This document shows, in pieces, positions 36,905 through 49,154 of a stretch of 54,171 nucleotides of DNA. Below the pieces are notes generated by a model. That model ran no database searches. It saw only the letters and a list, made by a program, of their open reading frames with translations, and had not been told where the DNA came from. The stretch is taken from positions 56,797,594 to 56,851,764 of the forward strand of contig NC_068993.1 of NCBI RefSeq assembly GCF_001194135.2, given 5' to 3'. The translations under genes and the position numbers were made by a program. How positions within the stretch are numbered: position 1 is the first letter of the stretch; each line of letters opens with the position of its first letter. This DNA comes from Octopus bimaculoides. Its lineage: Eukaryota.

Positions 36905-37090
36905 TTGGAGGAAAATGATTTGCAGTATTCGTTTCAGCTCTTTACATTCTGAGTTCAAATCCAGCTAGGGTTAGCTTTAATTTTCACCCTCTCAAGGTCA
37001 ATAAATTACCGTATCAATCAAATACAAAGACCGATGGCATCAACCTAGCACATCGCTTAAATTTTCTGGCCTCGAACCAATATCAGAAAC
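36905..37090 (+). mobile_element. old SINE family B copy
   Basis: ctttacattctgagttcaaatccagctagggttagc...aaattttctggcctcgaacc. Confidence 0.6.
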
Positions 37091-37433
37091 CATTATATCA
37101 GCTCTCCTTTCTAAGTTCTGCGTTCAAGCATCGCAACTGTAATTTTCTTTACATAATATCACAAGTCGGGCAATCACTCGTAATAAATTACCAGTAATAC
37201 AATGGACAATTAATTTAATAACATAGACAGTAAAAATAATCGACATTTTGGCATCACAAAAACTGAATCAAAGGTTGTCCTTTTGAGTTTTAATTAGTGT
37301 ACTTTAATTGACAATTTTATTATGGTACAATCAATATTATTATTTTGTCGATAATATTTACGGCCCAAAAACTTATATTTACCATCGTCGCCACTAATAG
37401 ATTCCCAGCATATAATATATATATATATGTAGT

Positions 37434-37466
<33 letters not shown>

Positions 37467-37476
37467 NNNNNNNNNN

Positions 37477-37528
<52 letters not shown>

Positions 37529-37830
37529 CGTATGTGTGCGTGTATGTTTGTTTGTGTGTGTGTATATATATATATATATACACACACACATAGAGATATA
37601 GATAGCTACATACTGACATACATATGTTCCAACGCACGCACACGAGAGAAAGCGAGCGAAAGAGAGAGAGAGAGACGGAGAGAAAGAGAGAGAAGTATAC
37701 AGAAAGGCAGGGAGGTGTGGCCTTGTGGTTTTCTGTTCCTGAGGACAAGAATTCAGAAAGATGGCTAAAAAAAGAACTAAATCACATACATATACACACA
37801 TATATATATATACTTACACACACATACGTT

Positions 37831-37861
<31 letters not shown>

Positions 37862-38093
37862 ATACACACACACACGGACATGTTATGTATTTACGTATAT
37901 ACATGTATGTCGAGTGTGAGCAAGCGTGCATGTGTATTATGTGTATGTGTGTGTGTGTGTTTGTATTTAGTCAAAACTACATATGTTGTGACGGTTGCTA
38001 GAGGCTGACATGATGATAATAGTGATGATGCTGATGTCGATGGTGGTGGTAGTGGTAGTGGCGTTGATATTGTTGATGATTGTGTTGCGTGTA

Positions 38094-38230
38094 GCAAATC
38101 CACTCACAAAGATTTACTGAAATCCAACCTGGAGTAGAAGACTCCTACTCAAGGTGGCATGAGTTGGGATTGAGCCCGGAACAATGTATTTACAAAGTAA
38201 ACTTCTTCCCGCGCACCCATGCCTGCGCCT
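38094..38230 (-). mobile_element. diverged SINE family A head half
   Basis: aaatccactcacaa...agtagaagactcctactcaaggtggc...gattgagcccggaacaatgt...gcctgcgcct. Confidence 0.8.
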
Positions 38231-38254
38231 ATGACATAAATATTACTTGGGTAC

Positions 38255-38465
38255 CATTTGACAACTATTTTTAGCAAATCGAATGACCATATAAAGTACC
38301 CTCAATGCCACGTGTTTTAATGTGGTTGTACAGATGTCGTTAGTAGTCTCGTGTCTTGGTTGTATTTTTGCATTATCATTTCGTAATTCAGGTAATAGTG
38401 GCGGTGTGATTATTTGACTGACTGCTATAGTTAGCAAATCGAATGACCACATAAGGCACCCTTCA
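38255..38465 (+). repeat. two copies, 160 bp apart, of a short dispersed repeat tail also seen at ~29451-29510 and ~53005-53075
   Basis: Identical ttagcaaatcgaatgacca at 38271 and 38431; related to gatttagctgctatatctagcaacttgagcgaccacgtag (29459). Confidence 0.6.
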
Positions 38466-39983
38466 AGTGCCCAAATTTTAATATGGTGGTACAGGTGGCG
38501 TTAGTCGTCCTGTTAGTGTTTTTACTTTATCATATCGTATTTCTGGCGGTGGAAATCATGATTCTAAGTGATAGCGGCGGTATAGAAAGTCTTCAAAGTC
38601 ATGATATTGTTCATGTCGTCGGCATCTATGGTAACATTGGTCGAAAGGTTTGCGGTGGCGAGAATGGTTACTGGCGGATGACTTAATGTCTGTGACTGTT
38701 GATGATGATGATGATGATGATGATGACGATGACTATGATGATTACGATGATGATAATGACGACGATGATGATTATTAGGTCTGAATTAGCAACGCAATTA
38801 GTGAAGCCACCCGTATGGAATCAGTATTAGCCAATAATTAGAGATAAATTTCTCTTCTAAGAATAAGGATAATAATCATTACGGATCTGAAAGTTTAGTA
38901 GCGGCAGACAAAATGTATTAGTATATGAATCAAATATGAGGGGGTGTGAGCGTATATATATGTGTGTGTATATATATATATATATATATNNNNNNNNNNN
39001 NNNNNNNNNNNNNNNNNNNNNNNNNNNNNNNNNNNNNNNNNNNNNNNNNNNNNNNNNNNNNNNNNNNNNNNNNNNNNNNNNNNNNNNNNNNNNNNNNNNN
39101 NNNNNNNNNNNNNNNNNNNNNNNNNNNNNNNNNNNNNNNNNNNNNNNNNNNNNNNNNNNNNNNNNNNNNNNNNNNNNNNNNNNNNNNNNNNNNNNNNNNN
39201 NNNNNNNNNNNNNNNNNNNNNNNNNNNNNNNNNNNNNNNNNNNNNNNNNNNNNNNNNNNNNNNNNNNNNNNNNNNNNNNNNNNNNNNNNNNNNNNNNNNN
39301 NNAAATATATCCTTTTACTTGTTTCAGACATTAAACTGAATATATGCGTATGTGTGTGTTATTCATACACATATACATATCTGCACACTCACACACACAC
39401 ACACACACGCAAACACATCCCCACACACGTACATACATACACACAAACACCTATATCACTACCACCACCAACACCGGATAGCGGCGCGCACCTCTACCCC
39501 TACCAATCCCAAACCACCTCCCAGGACACCATCAAACCGTTGCCGGCACCACACCCACCAACATTAATTTCTACAAATACTAACAAGAATAACAATGACG
39601 GTGCTACCATACATTTCTCAGGAAGGATTGTTAGTGAGAAAATTGGTTTATTTAAACGAAGATAACGAAATAGCTGTATCAACAACACAGAGAAGCGAGA
39701 ACACCTCATGGGAATGTTCGGCACATTAAATACATAAATACGTTAGGTTTACATATATAATGTTTCTGTGTAACGAAATAGCTGTATATTGTGTTCTCAG
39801 TCCCTTTAGTTGTAATTCTGTAGTATCATGAGGGCTCTTTTAAAGAAGACCTATTGTTAAATCATGGAAGCAATGATCGACAAGTCGTTTTTGTTTAGTG
39901 AAAGCCGACCTCGGTTTATATTATAAAACGTGGCCTTTCTTTTGTAAAATGGTAGATTTTGTTTTGTGGTATATACATACCCC

Positions 39984-40231
39984 GCACTCCGGCGTTTGCG
40001 ACGATGAGTATTCCAGTTGATCCGATCAACGGAATAGCCTGCTCGTGGATATTAACGTGAAGGTGACAGAGCACTTCACTGACACGCGTACCCTTAATGT
40101 CCTTGCCAGCTGAGTGGTTTGGAGCAACCTAAGACAAAGTGTCTTGCTCAAGGGTACTACGCACTGACAGAAATCGAAATCACCACCTTACGATCGGGAG
40201 CCAATTACCCTAATCTCTAAGCCACACCCTT
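39984..40231 (-). mobile_element. SINE family D with internal deletion
   Basis: Minus strand tRNA head, cccttgagcaagacactt CORE-like motif, then gttaatatccacgagcaggctattccgttgatcggatcaactggaatactc 3' module. Confidence 0.82.
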
Positions 40232-40450
40232 CACTTTCTAGTATATATATTTGGTTATTTACAGTTGATCGAGCTATAAACCAGGAGGTTCCATTTCTGT
40301 GTAAACCACTACAGTCATTAGAACTGTGATTGTGAGGGTTTCGCGCCTGTCTTGGGTAATATAGATCAAGGAATGAAATTAATTTTCTTCAGCCGAAAAT
40401 GGAGTTCCCCAGTACCAGTCTGTACACATCAAAAGTCTTTATTTTATTTC

Positions 40451-40481
<31 letters not shown>

Positions 40482-41315
40482 ACACGCACAGAACAACACT
40501 AGAATGTTCATACAATGCCGCACGGCTAATTTTAGTTTTGTTCTGTGCGTGTTTCCTGTTCATCCTGATGAGCGTGTCATTGCCGGGATTCACTTTAACT
40601 GTAATCAAACCACGGTAATGAGCTCCCGAAATGACCACAGGTATTTGAATTGATTTAGAGGAACTCATTTTTGCTGATGGACTCTAAAATACCATGGTTT
40701 TAAGAATTGAACTTTTTGGACGTACTTTTGATTGAGGCGAGTAAAAAAAAAAACTTCTTAAAAATATTTTTAGTCGATAGATATTTTATTTTATCTTAGT
40801 TTATTTAGTTTTTTAGTAGCATGACACGCTTTAGAAGTTTTATAAATTTTCAGTAGTTTATATTTACCTTACTGATAGGCCGTTCTATATATTTGTATGT
40901 TATTCGCATACATACATTTACCTTCTGTGTTTTTATGTACATGTTATATTTTTATATGTTTTAGAACCATGGTAATATTTATATATAATCAAATATTTGA
41001 GGTATGGTGTTATATAAAAAGCCGTTGACTCGAATTTGATGTTTGTTTTACGATAAATGTTTCTTTATCTTTGTCTCATTTACATTTGAGAACTTCTGTT
41101 TTTGCAGTTCTATAAACCCTTTGTTTCCATAAAATGAGACAAAAAGCATTTCATGTTATATATATATATATATATATATATATACGAGAAGTTTTGGTGT
41201 CCAGAAAACTCAAAAAGTGTCGGGTAACGCAAAGTGCTATGGATAGACCATGGTTTAACTCCAGGTTCGATAAAGAGTGAGGAGTCTAACGTGGGTGAAG
41301 TATTAGAATGCATAT

Positions 41316-41546
41316 ATTCCACCGAGGTCTACTTTGCTTTTCGTCCTTTCGAACTCCATAAACTAAGAACCCGGTGAGCGCTGGGGGTGGGTGGGGTCGA
41401 TGTAATCGACTGATCCCCTCATCCGAATTTCAAACCTTGTGCCTTTAGTAGAAAGGATTACTATAGGCGGCGAGCTGACAGAATCGGTAGAACGTCGGAC
41501 ACAGTGCTCGGCGGCATTTTGTCCGGCTTTATGTTCTGAGTTCAAA
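41316..41546 (+). mobile_element. SINE family B 3' half (41316-41458) followed by a 5' half (41465-41546)
   Basis: attccaccgaggtctactttgc...ccttgtgcctttagtagaaagg, then aggcggcgagctgacagaatcggtag...ttctgagttcaaa. Confidence 0.85.
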
Positions 41547-41680
41547 GGGGCAGGAAATTTCATAACGTTGCTAGTAAATGTCTGGAGATTTGCCACAGGG
41601 GTAGGATAATTTCATAACATTTCTCGTAAGCGTCTCAAGATTTGCCACAGGGGCAGGAAATGTCATAACATTACTAGTAA
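41547..41680. repeat. 51-52-bp minisatellite, ~2.6 units
   Basis: Units start at 41547, 41598 and 41650: gggg(c/t)agga..tcataac...gtaa...gatttgccaca. Confidence 0.9.
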
Positions 41681-42079
41681 GAATTGAAGTTTTTGGATGT
41701 ACTCTTGTGAGAGGCGAGTAAAAAAAAAGCAAAAAAACTTTTAAAAACATATTTTTAGTCGATAGATATTTCATTTTATCTCAGTTTATTTAGTTTTTTA
41801 GTAGCATGACACGCTTTAGAATTTTTATAAATTTTCAGTAGTTTATATTTACCATTTTGATCGGTATATTTGTATTTTATTTGCATATATATATATATAT
41901 ATATTTATCTTCTGTGTTTTATGTATATTTATATTTTTTATATGTTTAAGAACCATGGTAATATTTGTATATGATCAAATGTTTCAGGTCTGGTGTTTTA
42001 TATAAAATCGTTGACTCAAATGTGATGTTAGTTTTATAATCAATGTTTCTTTATATATATATATATGTATATATCTATA

Positions 42080-42143
<64 letters not shown>

Positions 42144-42146
<3 letters not shown>

Positions 42147-42318
42147 GGTTGGACAAAATTATGGAAACACCTTAAAATTTCAAAAAAATTAATTTTAATA
42201 TGGTGTAGGTCCGCCTTTGGCAGTAATGACAGCTTGAATTTTATGAGGTATGGACTTGTACAAAGTTTGAATTGTTTCCAAAGGATTTTTTTTTCCATTC
42301 TTCAACTAAAACAGTCTC
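42144..42318 (-). mobile_element. Tc1-family transposon 3' end
   Basis: TA|CAGGGTTGGACAAAATTATGGAAACACC terminus. Minus strand ETVLVEEWKK(I)PLETIQTLYKSIPHKIQAVITAKGGPTPY* (stop 42195-42197), the canonical Tc1 C-terminus. Confidence 0.9.
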
Positions 42319-42843
42319 GAAATGACGAAAGGTAAAGTAGACCTTGGCGGAATTCGAACTCAAAACCCTGAAGACGGACGAAATGCCGCTAAGTCCGGTA
42401 TGCTAAAAATTCTTTTCTACTCTAGGCACAAGGCTCGAAATTTTTTGTGAGGGGGCCAGTCGATTAGATCGACCCCAGTACGTAACTGGTACTTAATTTA
42501 TCGACCCCGAAAGGATGAAAGACAAAGTGGACCTCGGTGGAATTTGAACTCAGTACGTAATGACACACGAAATACCGCTAACCATTTCGCACGGTGTGCT
42601 AACGATTCTTATTTCTTTACTTCCCACAAGGGGCTACACACAGAGGGGATAAACAAGGACAGACAAACGGATTAAGTCGATTATATCGACCCCAGTGCGC
42701 AACTGGTACTTATTTAATCGATCCCGAAAGGATGAAAGGCGAAGTCGACCTCGGCGGAATTTGAACTCAGAACTTAGGGGCAGATGAACTACCGCTAAGT
42801 ATTTTGCCAGGCGTGCTGATGATTCTGCCAGCTCGCTGCCTTT
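42319..42843 (-). mobile_element. trimeric SINE family B chain
   Basis: Three B cores in tandem on minus with junctions near 42606 and 42410; third unit truncated. Confidence 0.9.
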
Positions 42844-43515
42844 GATAATGATTGTCATATTAAGATGAGACAGAAATATAAAATAAAAAGGAAAGATGTA
42901 AATGATGATGTAGTTGACGAAAGGGAAATAGAAAAGATAGGAAAGAGGAAGAAGAAGAAGAAGAAGGAAACATAGAAAAAGAGGAGGAAAAAGAGGAAAG
43001 AATTGAGAAGAAAAAGAAGGGAAATAAATGGTGTATGACCATTAAATGAATCAAGCAAAATGATGTAGACATTAAAACAACATAAATACACGTTAAGAGG
43101 GGCAAAATACATAGAAGGGGAGAGAGGGAGGAAAGGCGAGAGGCGGAGTGAGAGAGAGGGAGAGACAAAAAGAGTGATTGAAAGGGGGAGAAACGTGGGG
43201 GAGAGAAAGATAAATATATGTAATACAAATATACATATATATATATACATATGTATGTATGTGTGTGTGTGTATGGCTGTCTAAATACATGCTCACTCAT
43301 AAATCCTACATATTATTGTACATATATACTAATATATTTCTATATGAGTATGCATGTATATCTACCTATCTATCTATCTATCTATCTATATATATATATA
43401 TATACACACACACAAACTTATTTATACATGTATATACATATATAAACATATATATGTATATGCACACATATACACACGCACATACATACACCCACAAACA
43501 CACACACACACACAC

Positions 43516-43560
<45 letters not shown>

Positions 43561-43564
43561 GCAC

Positions 43565-43607
<43 letters not shown>

Positions 43608-43879
43608 AAGAAATAGATCAACGGAGATAAAGAGAGCGAGAGAGAAAAAGAGAGAGATAGAAAGGGAGAGAGGGAAATAGAGAGGGAAAGAGTAAGAGAG
43701 TGTGAGAGATGGTATCTTTGGCTTTCCTTGTGTGGATAGTTTGAAGTTGTTTCGTTATATCAATGAACAAATTGAAATGACGCTTACTGTCATCATAACT
43801 CGAGAATTTCACTTGTGAAGTTAGCATTAAATTCACCGTCCCGAAATCTTCATACATCTGAAGTCTGAATTATTCGTAG

Positions 43880-44465
43880 CAATGGAGGGAGAGATGGCTA
43901 GCGATGCAGCGAAAGAGAGGCTAGGAGAATAGATGGAGCGGGCATGGAGAAAGAGGTTGAATAGAGATGGTGGGGGATAGTAGATGCAGTAGAGAGATGG
44001 AGAGCGGGGGGTGATGTGGGAAATGAGGACGTGAGAGGAAAAGAGAGAGTGAATGAAAAACAGAGAATGAGAGAGAGGGGGAGGGGGAGGGAGAAAAGAA
44101 GCTGTTAGTTAAAGGAGTGACAGGGAGAGGTAGAGAGCTAAGGGAACGCTGAGAGATAGGGAGAGGTAGGGATGTAAGGAGAGGATGGAGAGAAGTGGGG
44201 AGAGAGTGTGAAAGCGAAGAAAGTGAGAGAGAGAGGAAAAGGGAGAAAAGGGAGGAGATTCAGGAACAGGGGTCAATAAATAGGGTGTAGAAAGATAATT
44301 GAAAGCACCAACGTGAGAGAAAGACAGAATGAGTGAACGAGGGAGAGAGAGAGAGAGAGAGAGAAAGAGTGTGTGAGACAGGGAGAGATGGAGAAGGTGA
44401 GAGAGATAGAGAGATTGAGAGAAAGGGAAAGAGAGAGAGAAAGGGAGAAAGAGATAGAGAGATGG
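43880..44465. repeat. long purine-rich (GA/GGA) low-complexity tract
   Basis: Direct reading. Confidence 0.9.
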
Positions 44466-44477
44466 ATTGATCTAGAA

Positions 44478-44655
44478 CGGTGTTTCCCAACCATTTTTTG
44501 CATATGGACCTGATGAAGGCTGGAGGGTAAATCGGCCCAAAACTTTGTGTTAGTAACAAAGATGAGAACAAATCTCCGTCAAATGTAAATAATGTAAATA
44601 ACGAAAAAAAAAAGTATTGTCATAACAATTGGCGATACAACAATTCAGTTGTCCG
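44478..44655 (+). mobile_element. hAT-Charlie-type non-autonomous element terminus
   Basis: cggtgtttcccaacc (cf. CAGTGTTTCCCAAC-type TIRs) directly preceded by ATCTAGAA (44470-44477), the NTCTAGAN target preferred by Charlie/Buster hATs; second end not found. Confidence 0.7.
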
Positions 44656-44707
44656 TCCACAGGTCAGTTAACAAATTTTTGTTAACTGACCTGTGGATAG
44701 ACAGTTA

Positions 44708-44876
44708 TATATACGATGGGCTTCATTCAATTTCCGTCTAGCAGATCCACTGACAAGGCATTGGTAGGCCTGAGGATATAGGAGAAGACACTCGCCCAAG
44801 GTGCCATGCAGAGGGACTGAACCCAGAGCCATGTGGTTGGGATGCAAGCTTCTTACCACACAGCCACTCCTGCGCC

Positions 44877-44877
<1 letters not shown>
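44708..44877 (-). mobile_element. SINE family A head half next to (CA)n
   Basis: atacgatgggcttc...gacactcgcccaaggtgccatgcagagggactgaaccc...cacacagccactcctgcgcct. Confidence 0.92.
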
Positions 44878-44964
<87 letters not shown>

Positions 44965-45086
44965 CATACATATATTTATCTCCATCTATCTATCTATCTA
45001 TATATATATACACACACATATATATATATATACATTTATATATACATACATTTGTATATGTATATGCATATATTTATATATATACA

Positions 45087-45120
<34 letters not shown>

Positions 45121-45274
45121 NNNNNNNNNNATATACATACATACCTACACGCATACATGCATACACAAATATATTGTTTACAAAAATTTTTTCCCATATA
45201 ATTAACAATTTAGAAAATCTTTCTCTAAATGTATTATGTGTGTGTTTGCGTACCTCTCCTTCACTCTCTGTGAG

Positions 45275-45344
<70 letters not shown>

Positions 45345-45746
45345 CCATCTATCTATCTATCTTTGTATGTATGTATGTATCTATTTCTATGAATATGTAT
45401 GTATACATGTATATAGGTATGTTTGTATATCTATGTTAATGGAGGAAATTACAACACTACATTTAATAAAAGGAAAAAAAAAAAAATCAAATTCAATTTT
45501 CTGACAAGTGGCGCAATATTACAACACGTTTTATACTTTTCTTTAAAAAAAAAAAATTACCTTATCATTAAAAATAAAATTTCTAAATAATTTAGGATGT
45601 CAAACCAATGAACGTATTGAAGGGTTTCGCAAAGATATGATGGTGGTACCCGATAAACTGATTGCGCGTGAAGACATCATTAGAGAAGTGTAATGTAGCT
45701 CATTAGATTTTGACAAACGATCAACAAATCAACGAAGTGTTCTGAT

Positions 45747-45777
<31 letters not shown>

Positions 45778-46615
45778 TANNNNNNNNNNNNNNNNNNNNN
45801 NNNNNNNNNNNNNNNNNNNNNNNNNNNNNNNNNNNNNNNNNNNNNNNNNNNNNNNNNNNNNNNNNNNNNNNNNNNNNNNNNNNNNNNNNNNNNNNNNNNN
45901 NNNNNNNNNNNNNNNNNNNNNNNNNNNNNNNNNNNNNNNNNNNNNNNNNNNNNNNNNNNNNNNNNNNNNNNNNNNNNNNNNNNNNNNNNNNNNNNNNNNN
46001 NNNNNNNNNNNNNNNNNNNNNNNNNNNNNNNNNNNNNNNNNNNNNNNNNNNNNNNNNNNNNNNNNNNNNNNNNNNNNNNNNNNNNNNNNNNNNNNNNNNN
46101 NNNNNNNNNNNNNNNNNNNNNNNNNNNNNNNNNNNNNNNNNNNNNNNNNNNNNNNNNNNNNNNNNNNNNNNNNNNNNNNNNNNNNNNNNNNNNNNNNNNN
46201 NNNNNNNNNNNNNNNNNNNNNNNNNNNNNNNNNNNNNNNNNNNNNNNNNNNNNNNNNNNNNNNNNNNNNNNNNNNNNNNNNNNNNNNNNNNNNNNNNNNN
46301 NNNNNNNNNNNNNNNNNNNNNNNNNNNNNNNNNNNNNNNNNNNNNNNNNNNNNNNNNNNNNNNNNNNNNNNNNNNNNNNNNNNNNNNNNNNNNNNNNNNN
46401 NNNNNNNNNNNNNNNNNNNNNNNNNNNNNNNNNNNNNNNNNNNNNNNNNNNNNNNNNNNNNNNNNNNNNNNNNNNNNNNNNNNNNNNNNNNNNNNNNNNN
46501 NNNNNNNNNNNNNNNNNNNNNNNNNNNNNNNNNNNNNNNNNNNNNNNNNNNNNNNNNNNNNNNNNNNNNNNNNNNNNNNNNNNNNNNNNNNNNNNNNNNN
46601 NNNNNNNNNNNNNNN

Positions 46616-46654
<39 letters not shown>

Positions 46655-46660
<6 letters not shown>

Positions 46661-46882
46661 GTGTGTATATGTTTGTGTGTCTGTGTTTGCCCCCCACCAT
46701 CGCTTGACAACCGATGCTGGTGTGTTTACGTCCCCGTAACTTAGCGGTTCGGCAAAAGAGACCGATAGAATAAGTACTAGGCTTACAAAGAATAAGTCCT
46801 GGGGTCGATTTACTCGACTAAAGGCGGTGCCCCAGCATGGCCTCAGTCAAATGACTGAAACAAATAAAAGAATAAAAGACAG
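46655..46882 (+). mobile_element. SINE family A tail half (head probably in the gap)
   Basis: ccatcgcttgacaaccgatgctggtgtgtttacgtccccgtaacttagcgg...gtcaaatgactgaaacaaataaaaga. Confidence 0.92.
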
Positions 46883-46891
46883 TAAAAAAGA

Positions 46892-46929
<38 letters not shown>

Positions 46930-46932
<3 letters not shown>

Positions 46933-47073
46933 CAACTGGTACTTAATTTATAGACTCCGAAAGGATGAAAGACAAAGTTGACCTCTGCAGAATTTGAACT
47001 CGGCACGTAAAGACACGAAATACCGCCAAGCATTTCGCCCGGTGGGCTAAAGTTTCTACCAGTTCGCCGCCTT
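46930..47073 (-). mobile_element. SINE family B copy
   Basis: cgcaactggtacttaattta...gacaaagttgacctctgcagaatttgaactc...ccagttcgccgcctt. Confidence 0.88.
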
Positions 47074-49120
47074 AACATTAGAAAGATATTAAACATATTC
47101 TGCTGAGAGAACAGTTGCTGATTTATAGAATTCGACAAGATCTATCATAAACAGCTGGAAACGCCACTGATTTCTATTTTGAATGAAAAACCATAATAGG
47201 AAACATATTGTGTTACTAAATAAGCAATAAATATGTATATCCTATATATTTTGATTATTAATCTGCCATAATTTCTAAAACTGTCTGACGAGAAGATCAC
47301 AATCGTATACACACACACGTATACATACACACTCACACATACACATGTGAACACACACATACATACGTGTACACACACAATTATATACACAAGCGCATAT
47401 ACATAATTACACAGATATACATACGTATATGTACATACATATAAATATATACGTATATATATATATATATATATATATNNNNNNNNNNNNNNNNNNNNNN
47501 NNNNNNNNNNNNNNNNNNNNNNNNNNNNNNNNNNNNNNNNNNNNNNNNNNNNNNNNNNNNNNNNNNNNNNNNNNNNNNNNNNNNNNNNNNNNNNNNNNNN
47601 NNNNNNNNNNNNNNNNNNNNNNNNNNNNNNNNNNNNNNNNNNNNNNNNNNNNNNNNNNNNNNNNNNNNNNNNNNNNNNNNNNNNNNNNNNNNNNNNNNNN
47701 NNNNNNNNNNNNNNNNNNNNNNNNNNNNNNNNNNNNNNNNNNNNNNNNNNNNNNNNNNNNNNNNNNNNNNNNNNNNNNNNNNNNNNNNNNNNNNNNNNNN
47801 NNNNNNNNNNNNNNNNNNNNNNNNNNNNNNNNNNNNNNNNNNNNNNNNNNNNNNNNNNNNNNNNNNNNNNNNNNNNNNNNNNNNNNNNNNNNNNNNNNNN
47901 NNNNNNNNNNNNNNNNNNNNNNNNNNNNNNNNNNNNNNNNNNNNNNNNNNNNNNNNNNNNNNNNNNNNNNNTACACACAAGAAATATCTGTATATTTGAC
48001 CTTACGGAGAAACTAAACCGCTTCAAACTTCTTGCCTAATGTTGGAGGTTAGAATCACGTTGATGTCCAAAAATAACGTATTTATACAGGGCAAGATAAA
48101 AATAACAAAATGCTGATAGCAAACAAAAATAGAAAGAACAGAAAGAAGAATAGAAAAAATGTATTTTAGAGAACCTTCGAGTCGAAAAGGAAAAAAAATC
48201 AATAAGATGTATAGATTATGGAGATAAATATATAATTTTTGAAGACGAAAACGGTCAAATAAAAATGCAAGGAAAAAAAATAGGAAAAAAAAACTGACAG
48301 CCTGGCTCTATAAATTTCATTTGACAACTGAGAGAAAAATTGAAAAACTAATTAAAGAAAATATATTGAAGAATTAAAATTAAGGTGGTACCAAGAAAAA
48401 ATGTACCTAGCTAGGTTAGTATGTGTTTATAACATGATATCTTTATACCCATTATCATTTTAATCATTCGTAGACGAAACAAAAACTTTAGACACACGAT
48501 ACACGACACTCACAGCACGAACAACAGTTTACATAACAATATTGGTTTGTTAGTAAAATTATATGAAGCATATATTCACTTCATCAGTTTTACTGTATCA
48601 ATTATCACGTCGTTGAATTTAATCAATGATCAGTAATATTAGCATATAGCAATCGTTTATCAAAATTCATCGTAGAAAATACCTATAAAAGAACGTATTC
48701 ATTATTACAGCTATAACCTACGTATGAACATATCTATTTAACAAATCAGTAGTTGCTATTATGCTGATATCGTACGTCATTTAAATTCTTCGATGGAAGA
48801 TTGATAATATATAATAAAAAGGAATATAAATATGTCTAACCACCAAACTATATCAATATATTCGACAGATATTTATATTCAACTTACTCGGAAGCTGAGA
48901 AGTATTGATAGTGTAAGAATATATATATAAATATATACATAAATACATACATACACATACACACATACACACATATATATATAATGATGATGATTTTCAA
49001 GTTATATTTTCCACCTTCTCACATTATTTCATAATAGATCCAAACTATTAATGTATATAAGATGCGAATCTCTTAAGGCGTCTATACATAGAAGACAAAT
49101 AAAACTATTGAAGCAATTAT

Positions 49121-49154
<34 letters not shown>

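Larger units (their letters stand above)
40701..42054. repeat. pair of ~370-bp direct repeats (40701-41068; 41678-42054)
   Basis: Long shared blocks, e.g. tttagttttttagtagcatgacacgctttagaa, ataaattttcagtagtttatatttacc, agaaccatggtaatattt. Confidence 0.92.

Noticed and set aside
41547-41680. Regularly spaced repeats as a CRISPR array
   Set aside because: Units are contiguous tandem copies without unique spacers, there are no cas genes, and the context is eukaryotic.
40701-42054. Direct repeats as LTRs of a retrotransposon
   Set aside because: No TG...CA ends, PBS, PPT or gag/pol remnant between them.
45595-45695. 33-codon frame CQTNERIEGFRKDMMVVPDKLIAREDIIREV after tttag|
   Set aside because: Poor pyrimidine tract, no good donor and no recognisable homology.
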